DNA of 31,348 nucleotides, from the IMG/VR virus record IMGVR_UViG_3300011439_000037, positions 1 through 31,348 of that record; one strand, 5' to 3'. The notes below the pieces were generated by a model. That model did not search any database and was not told where the DNA came from. It worked only from the letters and a program-made list of their open reading frames with translations. The stretch is from a virus. Lineage: Duplodnaviria > Caudoviricetes. Position 1 is the first letter of the stretch, and each line of letters begins with the position of its first letter. Positions 7,183 to 18,607 of this stretch are shown here, piece by piece. Both the position numbers and the translations under genes were made by a program.

Positions 7183-8760
7183 ATGAGCAATGTCTTACTA
7201 CCCGATGGTGAAATGAAAAAAGTCCAAGAGACATTGATGGAGATGGCAAAACAGGCATCCGAAGACCCAATTTATTTCATCGACACCTTCTGCTACACCT
7301 TCAACCCAAAACAGGAACCCTTTCATTTGCGGTTCAAACTTTTCAACTTTCAAAAGCGTTTAGTCCGAGACATCGTTGCAGCAATCCGCAATGGTGATGA
7401 TATTTTCATTGATAAAACTCGGGAAATGGGCGTGACCTACACCATTCTCGCAGTCTTTTTGTGGTTCTGGTTGTATGAGCCAGCTTCAAACTTCCTTATC
7501 GGCTCTCGAAAAGAAGATTATGTTGATAACCGTAGAGGCGGAACCACTGGAAATAAAGAAGAGTCGCTGTTTGGAAAACTAGACTACATGCTCTCCCGAC
7601 TCCCCAGCTTCCTACTCCCAGAGGGTTGGAACAGAGAGAGGCACTTTACCTACATGTCTTTGGTCAATCCTAAAAATGGTAACTCAGTATCGGGGGAAAG
7701 TAGTAATCCGAATTTCTCTCGAGGAGGAAGGCAACGAGCAATCTTTTTAGATGAGTTTGCTTTCTGGGATGAGGGCTCCGCCGTATGGGGAGCAACTGCC
7801 GACACCACCAACTGCCGTATCGTAGCCACCACCCCAGGAAACAAACCTTCAAAAGCAAAAAGACTTCGCTTCGGAAAAGACGGGGAAAAAATCAAAATCA
7901 TCACTCTTGACTACAAGCTCGACCCACGAAAAACTCGTGCATGGTTGGACGAACAACGCACCCGCCGTTCCACTGAGGACTTCAATCGAGAAATCATGGT
8001 CAACTGGGAAACCTCCATCACTGGTCGTGTGTATCCAGAAATTGAGAGTGCAGCCTATGGCGACTTCCCATTCCTGGTGAACCAGCAACCCTACACTTCC
8101 TGGGACTTTGGTTTGGACGGAACCTCCTTCGCTCTTTGGCAGCAGAACCCAGCGAACGGAAAGTGGCGTGTCATTGATGCCTATGAAAAAGTTGACCAGC
8201 CTATTCAGTTCTTCTTCCCCTTCTTTGGGAAACCCATGGACTCCAAATTCCAGTACACCGATGACGATTTGAAAGCTATGAAGACCTGGAGTCAGTATCC
8301 AAAACAAATTCATTTTGGAGACCCTGACGTTGCAAAACGAAACTACGCCTCGCCTGAAATCACCAGTGCTCGCCTGGAGCTCCAGAAAATTGGTATCTTT
8401 GTGCAGTCAGTTACCAGGAATGATTTCTTCTCTCGAAGGGAAATCACCAAGGTGTACCTGCAAAAAGGAATTGAAATTAACCAGGGCACCAGGACTGAGG
8501 ACTGGTTGGAAGCTATCAAACAGGCTCGCTACCCACAACGGGAAGAGAGCTCACAGGCAACCACCCCAATCACCAACCCAATTCACGACTGGACTTCCCA
8601 TTCACGAACCGCCATGGAGTATTTCTTTATTAACATTGACCTTTATGCCAATATAGAGGTGGAGAAGCCTTCATGGGCTGACAAAGCGTCTGACCTTTCA
8701 AGAGGGGGGTCGGCACGTTCACTAACAAGTAGAAGTGCTCTTGCACACCGAAGGAGGTGA
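7183..8760 (+). CDS. terL: Terminase large subunit
   Basis: Walker A-like DKTREMGVT, Walker B AIFLDEFAF, coupling motif ATTPG, nuclease SWDFG; start moved to ATG 7183. Confidence 0.93.
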   Translation: MSNVLLPDGEMKKVQETLMEMAKQASEDPIYFIDTFCYTFNPKQEPFHLRFKLFNFQKRLVRDIVAAIRNGDDIFIDKTREMGVTYTILAVFLWFWLYEPASNFLIGSRKEDYVDNRRGGTTGNKEESLFGKLDYMLSRLPSFLLPEGWNRERHFTYMSLVNPKNGNSVSGESSNPNFSRGGRQRAIFLDEFAFWDEGSAVWGATADTTNCRIVATTPGNKPSKAKRLRFGKDGEKIKIITLDYKLDPRKTRAWLDEQRTRRSTEDFNREIMVNWETSITGRVYPEIESAAYGDFPFLVNQQPYTSWDFGLDGTSFALWQQNPANGKWRVIDAYEKVDQPIQFFFPFFGKPMDSKFQYTDDDLKAMKTWSQYPKQIHFGDPDVAKRNYASPEITSARLELQKIGIFVQSVTRNDFFSRREITKVYLQKGIEINQGTRTEDWLEAIKQARYPQREESSQATTPITNPIHDWTSHSRTAMEYFFINIDLYANIEVEKPSWADKASDLSRGGSARSLTSRSALAHRRR

Positions 8761-8766
8761 AAATAT

Positions 8767-8997
8767 ATGCCAGGAAATGAATTTCAAGAAAGAGCTGAAA
8801 ATGAACAGAAAACTGTTCAGGCTCAACAGATTAGTACCATTTTGGATACCGTCCAAGGTCTCGTCACTGAGTTGCGAGCAGTCAAAAAAGAACTGCGAAC
8901 CGCTCGTGCGGAGCTGAGAAATCTTGATAAGTTACGACCTCTCCGCTCCGAAAAAGAGGAGGCTGAGGAAGTAGCTCCAGAAGTTACTGAGAAATAA
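8767..8997 (+). CDS. Small coiled-coil protein, 76 aa
   Basis: SD AAGGAGGTGA overlapping the terL stop; heptad pattern VQGLVTELRAVKKELRTARAELRNL. Confidence 0.8.
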   Translation: MPGNEFQERAENEQKTVQAQQISTILDTVQGLVTELRAVKKELRTARAELRNLDKLRPLRSEKEEAEEVAPEVTEK

Positions 8998-8999
8998 AT

Positions 9000-9677
9000 A
9001 TGATAGACGTATCTGTCCTTATAACCTGTTTCAACAAGGAGAAGTACCTTGATGAATGTGTTTCTTCCGTGCTCCGACAATCAAAAGAGCCACGGGAGAT
9101 TATTGTGGTTCACGATGAATGTGAAAATCCTATGCACCATGCAGAGGTTACCACCATCATGCTCCGCAAAAACCTTGGTGTGGCTCGTGCTCGCCAGGAG
9201 GCGTTCCGTTATTCAATAGGGAAACTCATTCTCTTCCTAGATGGTGACGACATTTTGTCGCCTGATTACTTGGAGAAAATGACCCAGCGAATTGCGGATG
9301 GTGCAGATATTGTCTACCCAGATATTTACTTCTTTGGTGACAGTGGAAAAAAACTATCCGTGCTGACTGAAAAGGTTGAGCCAGCACTGGTAGAGAAACT
9401 GGAACGACTCCCCATACCTGTGACCTGCTTGATGAAACGAGAGGTCTACGAAAAGGTAGGGGGGTTTGGAAAGTGGGAGGTACTCGAAGACCTCGACTTT
9501 TGGCTTCGAGCGATGTGTAATGATTACACCTTCGGAAAGGCGGAAACCCTGCTCTGGTACCGCCAGGAAGGAGTCAAAAGAAACGCAATGGACTTGGGGA
9601 AAAAGACCAAAATCATGCGTGAGATTATGGAGCAATTTGTGATAGAGAACAACACTATCAAACAAAAACATGCCTAA
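9000..9677 (+). CDS. Glycosyltransferase family 2
   Basis: VSVLITCFNKEKYLDECVSSV, GVARAR, FLDGDD, EDLDFWLR. Confidence 0.93.
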   Translation: MIDVSVLITCFNKEKYLDECVSSVLRQSKEPREIIVVHDECENPMHHAEVTTIMLRKNLGVARARQEAFRYSIGKLILFLDGDDILSPDYLEKMTQRIADGADIVYPDIYFFGDSGKKLSVLTEKVEPALVEKLERLPIPVTCLMKREVYEKVGGFGKWEVLEDLDFWLRAMCNDYTFGKAETLLWYRQEGVKRNAMDLGKKTKIMREIMEQFVIENNTIKQKHA

Positions 9678-10023
9678 AACGTACATAAAAACATTGCGAC
9701 AACTTATGATGGTAGCCTCCTCCCAGAATTTTTCGGAAATGGAGATGCCAGATGGGGAGCCATTTGACGCTGGGGATAATGGGGAAGCTGCTGATATGAT
9801 GGTGTCACAAGTGCAAGCCGATGCTCATTTACTGTCCCTCCTTCGCAACATGGCGGATAGGGAAAAAATCATTCTCATGTATCAAATTTTGAGGGAGTCT
9901 GGGTACAATTTGAACCATGCGGAGTGTGCAAAAACCTTGAACATAACCCGTGAACGCTACATGGTGATTTTGAAAGGTGTGAAGAAAAGAGCTGCAAAGA
10001 TATTACAAATTCCCTTGGAATAA
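9670..10023 (+). CDS. Stand-alone sigma70 region-4-like HTH protein (putative transcription regulator)
   Basis: LRNMADREKIILMY...LNHAECAKTLNITRERYMVI matches the sigma region 4 pattern; at 117 aa there is no room for region 2. Confidence 0.75.
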   Translation: MPKTYIKTLRQLMMVASSQNFSEMEMPDGEPFDAGDNGEAADMMVSQVQADAHLLSLLRNMADREKIILMYQILRESGYNLNHAECAKTLNITRERYMVILKGVKKRAAKILQIPLE

Positions 10024-10037
10024 AGGATAATAGAGAT
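10003..10037 (+). promoter_or_regulatory. Class III promoter TTACAA-17-GATAAT-6-ATG (portal)
   Basis: Same geometry as 21415 and 29375; the -35 lies in the 3' end of the sigma-4-like gene; no properly spaced SD before the ATG. Confidence 0.7.
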
Positions 10038-12038
10038 ATGGAGAGCCAAGACAAACGCTACGCTGAAATCATCCGTAACCGCCTAAACAAAGCCCGAGAG
10101 CTTACTCAGGAGGTTTTTGATAGGGTGGAGTTGAACCGCAACCTGTACAAAGGCATCCTCCTAGTCGATGATACCTATGAATGGGATTACTCTTTGGTTG
10201 ACCAACAGGTCTTCCCACTCATCCGAAATTATATTGCTCGCTCCAACCCTTCGATGCTCAAGCTCCGCTTGGAAGCTCGCACCTCACAGGACTTTGAACG
10301 CAGACAGGTAAACCAAGACTTCGTGAACTGGGAAATTGGTGAGCTGCCAATGACCAACCTTTTGACTCGTGCTTTTTACTCCAACTACCTCGCTGGTAAA
10401 GCCTACTTCAAATCAGGGTGGAAATATGACCCAAGAGTCATCGTTACTCGAGGACAATACTCCTACGAGATGCGACCACTCATCAATCGTGCAGACCTCA
10501 AATTCGTTCGTTTTAACAATATCATCATCCCGAACCGCAACATTCCAGACCTACAGGAACAACCCTACGTCTTTGAATTGATGCAGCTCTCGCCTGGTGA
10601 AATGATTAAAGATAACGAGTCCTACGGGTACGAATACTGGGACAAAGCCTTCATTGAAAAACTGAGAAAATCTGGTGTTACTTCCAAGGCTCTCGACTAC
10701 GAAGCAGAGTTTGTGACTGAAATGGACACCATCGTCAAAGAGAAAAATTCTCCAGAAGAAATGATGTTTAGAGCAGCCACTTTCCCAGTGGTCTGTATGC
10801 ACACCAAGGAAAATGAAGTGATGTACATTCCTTTGGTTGACGGCATGGATACTGTTATCAACAAAAACCGAGAGAATGAATTCTGGCATGGCAAATACCC
10901 ATACATGGATATGACCGCTTTCCCAGAAGATGATGAATTTTACCCAATGTCAGTAGTCGATGCTGTCGGTGACACTCAAATCGCTTCCACTGAGGTGTTG
11001 AACCAAACCCTGACCAACATCCGCTCTATCAACAACAATATGTGGATTACTGGTGCTCCTGCTGCAACAACCCCTGACTACATGTTCAAGCAACGCCCAT
11101 CGGGAATTATCCGTGTTGCTGGCGACCCAGGACAAGTTGTCCCAGTTAGACCTCAAGACGGTACCCGCTCAATGCTTGAAGTTGGTCGTGAACTGCAAAC
11201 CAAATTTGAAAGAACTGGTGGAATTTCTTCACTCTATAGCTCTGGTGCTCCTTCCAAGACTGTCAATCAGACAGCTCGTGGTGCTCAAATCATTGACTCA
11301 AATATCGAAACCAATGTTCAAATGATTATGGACTTGTTCGGTGAGCAAATCCTCAAGCCTCTCGGTGACCACTTCATCGCTCTAAACGCCCAATATGTTA
11401 CCGAAGAGCAGTCATTCTCTGTTACTGGTAAAAAGGGTGTCCGAGAACTCTTGGCAATCGAGCCAGGTTTGGTCTCTGCAAACTTCGACATTTACACCTA
11501 CCCAGAGGCAATGATAAAACAGACCCCAGCTTCACGCCAGGCAAGTCTCCAAAACTTCTTGACGGTTTTGAACACCCAGGTCGTTCCAACTGGTGCTCAG
11601 GTTGATGTTGTCCCAGTCGTTGAGGCTTTAGTTGACTCCTACCCAGAAATGGAAAATATCGAAGACATCGTGGTCTCCATTGATGAAAAGGGCAAACGAG
11701 ACATCCTTTCAATGGAGCGTGGTCAGTTCCCAGAGGTCAAGGTTCGGGACGCTCACATGGAGCTTATCCAGCTTGTGACCCTTCACTTTGAAGACAACCA
11801 GGCAAACTACGCCCCAGAAGTGGCTCAAATGTTCACCATGTATGTTGAAAAACACATGAGGTTCCTGCAATCAGCTCAAGAAATTCAACAATTAACAGCT
11901 CCTCCGCCTCCACAGGTGCCAGGCGGGGATGGATTAGCAGCAGCTTTTGGGGCAACTCCTGATGGCGGAGGTGGAGATATTCCCCAAAATGAAGGAACAG
12001 GGGAAGAGGGTGGCTACAATCTTGGTGCCATTGTCTAA
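10038..12038 (+). CDS. Portal protein (P22/SU10-like)
   Basis: 666 aa, downstream of terL; FYPMSVVD and QTARGAQII resemble P22-type portal motifs; Q/P/G-rich tail. Confidence 0.88.
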   Translation: MESQDKRYAEIIRNRLNKARELTQEVFDRVELNRNLYKGILLVDDTYEWDYSLVDQQVFPLIRNYIARSNPSMLKLRLEARTSQDFERRQVNQDFVNWEIGELPMTNLLTRAFYSNYLAGKAYFKSGWKYDPRVIVTRGQYSYEMRPLINRADLKFVRFNNIIIPNRNIPDLQEQPYVFELMQLSPGEMIKDNESYGYEYWDKAFIEKLRKSGVTSKALDYEAEFVTEMDTIVKEKNSPEEMMFRAATFPVVCMHTKENEVMYIPLVDGMDTVINKNRENEFWHGKYPYMDMTAFPEDDEFYPMSVVDAVGDTQIASTEVLNQTLTNIRSINNNMWITGAPAATTPDYMFKQRPSGIIRVAGDPGQVVPVRPQDGTRSMLEVGRELQTKFERTGGISSLYSSGAPSKTVNQTARGAQIIDSNIETNVQMIMDLFGEQILKPLGDHFIALNAQYVTEEQSFSVTGKKGVRELLAIEPGLVSANFDIYTYPEAMIKQTPASRQASLQNFLTVLNTQVVPTGAQVDVVPVVEALVDSYPEMENIEDIVVSIDEKGKRDILSMERGQFPEVKVRDAHMELIQLVTLHFEDNQANYAPEVAQMFTMYVEKHMRFLQSAQEIQQLTAPPPPQVPGGDGLAAAFGATPDGGGGDIPQNEGTGEEGGYNLGAIV

Positions 12039-12043
12039 TATGT

Positions 12044-13024
12044 ATGAAATACGAAACAATACTACAACTTGTCCAGTCAATAATTGACAGCTTCACCAAC
12101 GTAGCTGTTGCTCATCTTAATGGGCTGAAAAACTTCCTCTCCAAAAACACCTTTTCAGTCAAAGTCACCAATCCTGCAACCAAAATGAAGGTCGAGGGTG
12201 AGGTAAAGGTCTCGAATACGCAACCGTTACTCAAAGCTATTGGTGGTATTCCTATTGCCATAAATGCTCTCAAAAAGACAGTTCTCGCTCAAAAAGACGT
12301 GGTGGTTACCAACTTCAAGGATTTGAAGTTTCCAGAGTTTCCAAAGAAAATTGAAGTTTCAAACCCTCAGAAGGAAGTAAAAATCACCAACATGAAGGAG
12401 TTCACCACTGCTATCGAAAAGATTGCAGAGTTTCTGGCGAAGGTGAAGTATGACCCCAGAATTGAGGTCAGTCCCACACCTGTGAATGTCAAAGCTCCCG
12501 TGGTCAATGTTGCAGCTCCCATTGTAAATGTGCCTGAACAGAAGCCACCCGTGGTCAATGTTGAAAAACCAGACCTCTCAGCTCTCAAGAAACTACTCGA
12601 ATTTTTCGATGCTATCAACGCTAAAAAACCACTGGCTGTTCGTCTGTCGGACGGCAAGGAGTTTTACAAAGCTCTCGAGAAGATGGCTGACATTTACGCT
12701 GGCTCTACCTTCTCAGCTTTTCAGGACACCTCTGGTGGTGAGGGGCGTGGTATTCTCAATCGAAACAATGAGATTTTGGTCACGACTTCCGACACTTGGT
12801 CTCTCAATGACGTGGACACCGTGAATAACGGTCAGTTCACCTACCTTGGCGAGGAAACCATTGATGGCAGGTGGAGAGTCACAAGAGTGCAAAAAGTGGG
12901 TCGGTTCAACGTGATGAACTATGCGACTATCAGAAATAACCCAGACCATGTGGAGTCAGATTATCCAACAGCTTGGGCTGCTCACGCAGACCTTGAATAC
13001 AATAGGGTGTCTTTGGCACTATAA
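12044..13024 (+). CDS. Putative virion protein with P-V-V-N-V repeats
   Basis: PVNVKAPVVNVAAPIVNVPEQKPPVVNVEKP plus several V-x-V-x-N units; between portal and collagen fibre. Confidence 0.7.
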   Translation: MKYETILQLVQSIIDSFTNVAVAHLNGLKNFLSKNTFSVKVTNPATKMKVEGEVKVSNTQPLLKAIGGIPIAINALKKTVLAQKDVVVTNFKDLKFPEFPKKIEVSNPQKEVKITNMKEFTTAIEKIAEFLAKVKYDPRIEVSPTPVNVKAPVVNVAAPIVNVPEQKPPVVNVEKPDLSALKKLLEFFDAINAKKPLAVRLSDGKEFYKALEKMADIYAGSTFSAFQDTSGGEGRGILNRNNEILVTTSDTWSLNDVDTVNNGQFTYLGEETIDGRWRVTRVQKVGRFNVMNYATIRNNPDHVESDYPTAWAAHADLEYNRVSLAL

Positions 13025-13037
13025 TTAAAATAACAAT

Positions 13038-15143
<2,106 letters not shown>

Positions 15144-15148
15144 AAACT

Positions 15149-15901
15149 ATGGCAATCGTATTAGAACAAACAGTCGGACAACGAGGCTCGGGTGGCGATA
15201 GAACTGCTGCCTCTCTCGCTGTGGCTGCGGGTGATGTCCTCATTGCTATTTGTACCGCCCAGGACTCAAACACAAACAACCTCCCTGTTGGTTCTGTTAT
15301 TTTTAATGGTAGTGAGAACTTTACCCTCGTTATTGCAGCAGGAGGCTCGGCTGGAGCTGGTCAACCTTGTCGTATTGAAATCTGGAGACTCAATGCTCCA
15401 ACCGCCACAACTGCCAATGTAGTTGCTGATTTTGCCTCTGGTATCAACGAAACAACACTCACAGTTTTCCGTCTTTCGGGAGCTGATGCAGCAGACCTTA
15501 TTGAGGCTCAGGACTCTGATACTGCCAATGGATTTGCTCCAGCGATGAGTTTGGTTACGGCAGCAGCAGGGGCTTTTGCTCTTGGAGGTATCGTTTCTGA
15601 GGCAGAAATCACAGGATACGGAACCAGTCAGACTGAACGCTCAAACTTTGACGACCAGGGATTTGAAAACTCAAACACCTCAACTGAACCCTTGGCTTCT
15701 GCTGGAACACACGACCACTCGTATGGAATGTCTGGTGGAAATCCTTATGCTCAAGCATCTATCGCCATCAACGCCTCGGCTGGTGGGGGAGAAACCTCTG
15801 ATGTCAAAAAGCTCTCTGGAGTCCTTCATGCAAGTCTCAAGAAAATCTCAGGAATTGTCGAAGCGTCAGTGAAAAAGGTGTCTGGGGTGTCCAACGTATA
15901 A
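15149..15901 (+). CDS. Putative virion surface protein, A/G/S/T-rich beta domain with a triple KKxSG[VI] tail
   Basis: 250 aa, starts 5 nt after the collagen gene stop; ends KKLSGV...KKISGI...KKVSGV. Confidence 0.7.
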   Translation: MAIVLEQTVGQRGSGGDRTAASLAVAAGDVLIAICTAQDSNTNNLPVGSVIFNGSENFTLVIAAGGSAGAGQPCRIEIWRLNAPTATTANVVADFASGINETTLTVFRLSGADAADLIEAQDSDTANGFAPAMSLVTAAAGAFALGGIVSEAEITGYGTSQTERSNFDDQGFENSNTSTEPLASAGTHDHSYGMSGGNPYAQASIAINASAGGGETSDVKKLSGVLHASLKKISGIVEASVKKVSGVSNV

Positions 15902-15907
15902 ACCCTG

Positions 15908-15942
15908 TTGCATTTCAGTACCGCAGAGATTATGATTATTTC
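15908..15942 (+). promoter_or_regulatory. Class II promoter TTGCAT-17-TATGAT-6-ATG with ACCGCAGA box
   Basis: Box at 15920..15927 is the reverse complement of the boxes at 1419 and 7157. Confidence 0.75.
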
Positions 15943-16554
15943 ATGCAAGACGAATGGAAAAAAGCACAAGAATTTGAGACCGACTGGTGGGGAGACTGTC
16001 TAAACACCTATGGTGAAGAAGAAAAACAGATATTTTACGCAAGAAAAATGGGACTCAGGTGGTTCCACAACGGGAAATCGCCGTACAACATTGATTTGGG
16101 CGGTCAGTCTGTTATTGATATTGGGGGTGCTGTTTCTTCTCTGCTTCTTAAATGTGTCAACCGTGGGGTAGCCATTGTTGCTGACCCTATGCCAATCCCC
16201 GACTGGGCTCACGATAGATATGCTTCTGGAGTTATTGAGTTTCTCAATCGAAAAGGTGAAGAGCTAGGGACATTGAAGTCCCTACCAAAAGTCGATGAGG
16301 TCTGGATTTACAACGTCCTCCAGCACACCGATGACCCTGCACTCATTTGCAAGAACGCTCGAAAGCTCGGGAAAATTGTTCGTGTTTTTGAGTGGATTGG
16401 GATAAAAGATGAACACGGACACCCTCACGAACTTACTGAGAAAAAGCTGAATGAATGGCTTGGTGGTGAAGGGCGAACCGAAAAACTCTCTCTACCCACT
16501 CTTCGGGGCACCTGTTATTACGGAATTTTCAAAGGAGATAGTTATGGAGTTTAG
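15943..16554 (+). CDS. Class I SAM-dependent methyltransferase (probably glycan-modifying)
   Basis: Motif I SVIDIGG; DEVWIYNVLQHTDDP; no DPPY/NPPY or PC DNA-methyltransferase motif. Confidence 0.82.
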   Translation: MQDEWKKAQEFETDWWGDCLNTYGEEEKQIFYARKMGLRWFHNGKSPYNIDLGGQSVIDIGGAVSSLLLKCVNRGVAIVADPMPIPDWAHDRYASGVIEFLNRKGEELGTLKSLPKVDEVWIYNVLQHTDDPALICKNARKLGKIVRVFEWIGIKDEHGHPHELTEKKLNEWLGGEGRTEKLSLPTLRGTCYYGIFKGDSYGV

Positions 16555-16684
16555 TATCCCAATCCCTAAATTTATGGTGGATTTTTGGTGGTTCCTCAAT
16601 GACCGTTGTTCAGAATGTGGGGGTGAAGTTGAAGAGCACATAAATGGAAAATACTATTGTAAAAACTGCAATGCAAAAAACTAA
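16544..16684 (+). CDS. Small zinc-ribbon protein, 46 aa (CSEC...CKNC)
   Basis: SD AAAGGAGA at 16531; overlaps both neighbours. Confidence 0.75.
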   Translation: MEFSIPIPKFMVDFWWFLNDRCSECGGEVEEHINGKYYCKNCNAKN

Positions 16685-17852
16685 ATATAGATTTCATTTA
16701 CTGGGACTCGTTCATGTACCGCAAGCACGGAGATATTCTGGCTGTGCGTTTACCCAGAAGAACTTGAAGCTGGCTAAAATGCTTGTAAACCTGGGGCATG
16801 AGGTGTTTTTCTACGGCTCTGAGGGTTCTGATGTTGTCGAGTATTGCAACAACTCCCCACTCCTTCATTTCATTCAAACACACACCCTAGCTGACATCCG
16901 AAAAGACTACGGCGAGGGAGACAACCGCTTTGAGCTGGGATATGACCACAACGCTCAAATGTTCAAGCATGACTTCAATGCTCCACCAAATCCATCAACC
17001 AGGAAGTTTTTCACCTCGGTCATTGAACACATCGTCAAAGTAAAAAAGGACGATGATTTTCTTCTCATTACTCAGGGAACGTACCAAAAGCCAATCGCTG
17101 ATGCTGTGGGTTTGTATCTCACTATCGAGCCTGGAGTTGGGTACCGAGGAGCGTTTGCCAACTTCAAAGCCTTCGAGTCTTCCTACATTCAGAATTTCTA
17201 TTATGGGAGCAAAAATCCACTGGAGTCACTCAACGGCAACTATTATGACCGAGTAATTCCCAATTACTTTGACCCTGCCGACTTTGAGGTTGCCGAGAAA
17301 AAAGGTGACTATTATCTCTACATTGGCAGAATGATTATCCGAAAAGGGGTTTGGACAGCCGTCAAAGCTACTGAGGCTATCGGAGCCAAACTCATTCTTG
17401 CTGGACAACTCGACCCAGAAATTGACATCACAACGCTTCCAAAACACTGCACATACGTTGGCTCAGTGGGCGTAGAAGAGCGGAAGAAGCTCATGGCGGG
17501 TGCTATAGCCACTTTCGTACCATCGGTCTATTTAGAGCCATTTGCGGGGGTTCACATAGAGTCTATGCTTTCAGGTACTCCACCCATCACAACAAACTTC
17601 GGTGTGTTCCCAGAAACCATCCCTGACTACTTGAATGGTCGGGTGGGTTTCCGTTGTAACACCCTGGCTGATTTTGTGGGAGCTGCCAGGCTTGCCAAAA
17701 AGATGGATGTCGATGTTCGCTTTGTGCGTGAGTACGCCGAGAGGTTTACCATAGACAGGGTGGCTTTGGACTACGAGAGATGGTTTGACGACCTTCATAT
17801 ACAATGGGAGAGTGCGGTTGACCCAAACAAACTTGGCTGGCATCGGCTATAA
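16671..17852 (+). CDS. Glycosyltransferase family 4 (GT-B)
   Basis: YLYIGRMIIRKG, PSVYLEPFAGVHIESMLSGTP (EX7E); start at 16671 preferred, 16644 possible. Confidence 0.9.
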   Translation: MQKTKYRFHLLGLVHVPQARRYSGCAFTQKNLKLAKMLVNLGHEVFFYGSEGSDVVEYCNNSPLLHFIQTHTLADIRKDYGEGDNRFELGYDHNAQMFKHDFNAPPNPSTRKFFTSVIEHIVKVKKDDDFLLITQGTYQKPIADAVGLYLTIEPGVGYRGAFANFKAFESSYIQNFYYGSKNPLESLNGNYYDRVIPNYFDPADFEVAEKKGDYYLYIGRMIIRKGVWTAVKATEAIGAKLILAGQLDPEIDITTLPKHCTYVGSVGVEERKKLMAGAIATFVPSVYLEPFAGVHIESMLSGTPPITTNFGVFPETIPDYLNGRVGFRCNTLADFVGAARLAKKMDVDVRFVREYAERFTIDRVALDYERWFDDLHIQWESAVDPNKLGWHRL

Positions 17853-17868
17853 TGTAATCATTACACAT

Positions 17869-18276
17869 ATGATAAAACGAGTACGAGACAAACTACGAAA
17901 TTTTAGACCACAAGATGTGGTGTCCTATGAGGACTGGCAGGATATTGAGAGCCGTTTTGTTTTTGCGAGCAATCTTCTCAAGGAAGACAATCCTGCATAC
18001 CAGATACTCAAAACCGACTTGGAACAGGCTCGGGAAATTCTCATCCATAACAGGGTTCACGAAGTCAAAGAGGTTCGCATTATCGGGGAACTCCAGAAGA
18101 TTTTTACTACTGACAAAAAAGAGCAAATGGATGAACTGGTTGGTCAAATCAAATACATCGAAGGTTATTTGGCAGAGCTCCAGTCTTGGGTAGACCGCAA
18201 GGTTCAGCTCGAGCATGAGGAGGCTGGGGGCAAAATTGTCATCAGGAGAACCCAGGAGGAACAAGTAAATGACTGA
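17869..18276 (+). CDS. Hypothetical helical protein, 135 aa
   Basis: First ATG after the GT4 stop; protein-like composition; overlaps the next gene. Confidence 0.78.
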   Translation: MIKRVRDKLRNFRPQDVVSYEDWQDIESRFVFASNLLKEDNPAYQILKTDLEQAREILIHNRVHEVKEVRIIGELQKIFTTDKKEQMDELVGQIKYIEGYLAELQSWVDRKVQLEHEEAGGKIVIRRTQEEQVND

Positions 18277-18607
18277 CAAAGACCCAAAAGACTTTCCATT
18301 TCCACTCGATACTGACATCGAAGAGCAGGTTCCTGTAAAGAAAATCTCCATTGACTCCATTGATGAGAAGACGGGCAGTGCCAAGTTTTCAGTCAAAACA
18401 GTCATGGAAAAACAGACTGTTCGCTACATGCACGTCCCCAAGGTGAAGTATCGCTGCAAGCCTGGCGACCATGTGTTTCGTGTCCTTGATGCCAAGAAGG
18501 GTATGTTTGGATGCACTCTCTGTCCTTTTGCAGCAAAAATCCACCCAGCAAACTACATGTTCAAAGACGGCAAACTAATACACCGCAGAACCCTCCGAGT
18601 CGTATAA
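18269..18607 (+). CDS. Hypothetical protein with probable Zn site (CKPGDH...CTLC)
   Basis: SD AGGAGG upstream; C-x4-H and CxxC. Confidence 0.8.
   Translation: MTDKDPKDFPFPLDTDIEEQVPVKKISIDSIDEKTGSAKFSVKTVMEKQTVRYMHVPKVKYRCKPGDHVFRVLDAKKGMFGCTLCPFAAKIHPANYMFKDGKLIHRRTLRVV

Noticed and set aside
15943-16554. DNA methyltransferase or restriction-modification role
   Set aside because: No DPPY/NPPY or PC catalytic motif; small-molecule methyltransferase pattern in an operon with a GT4.
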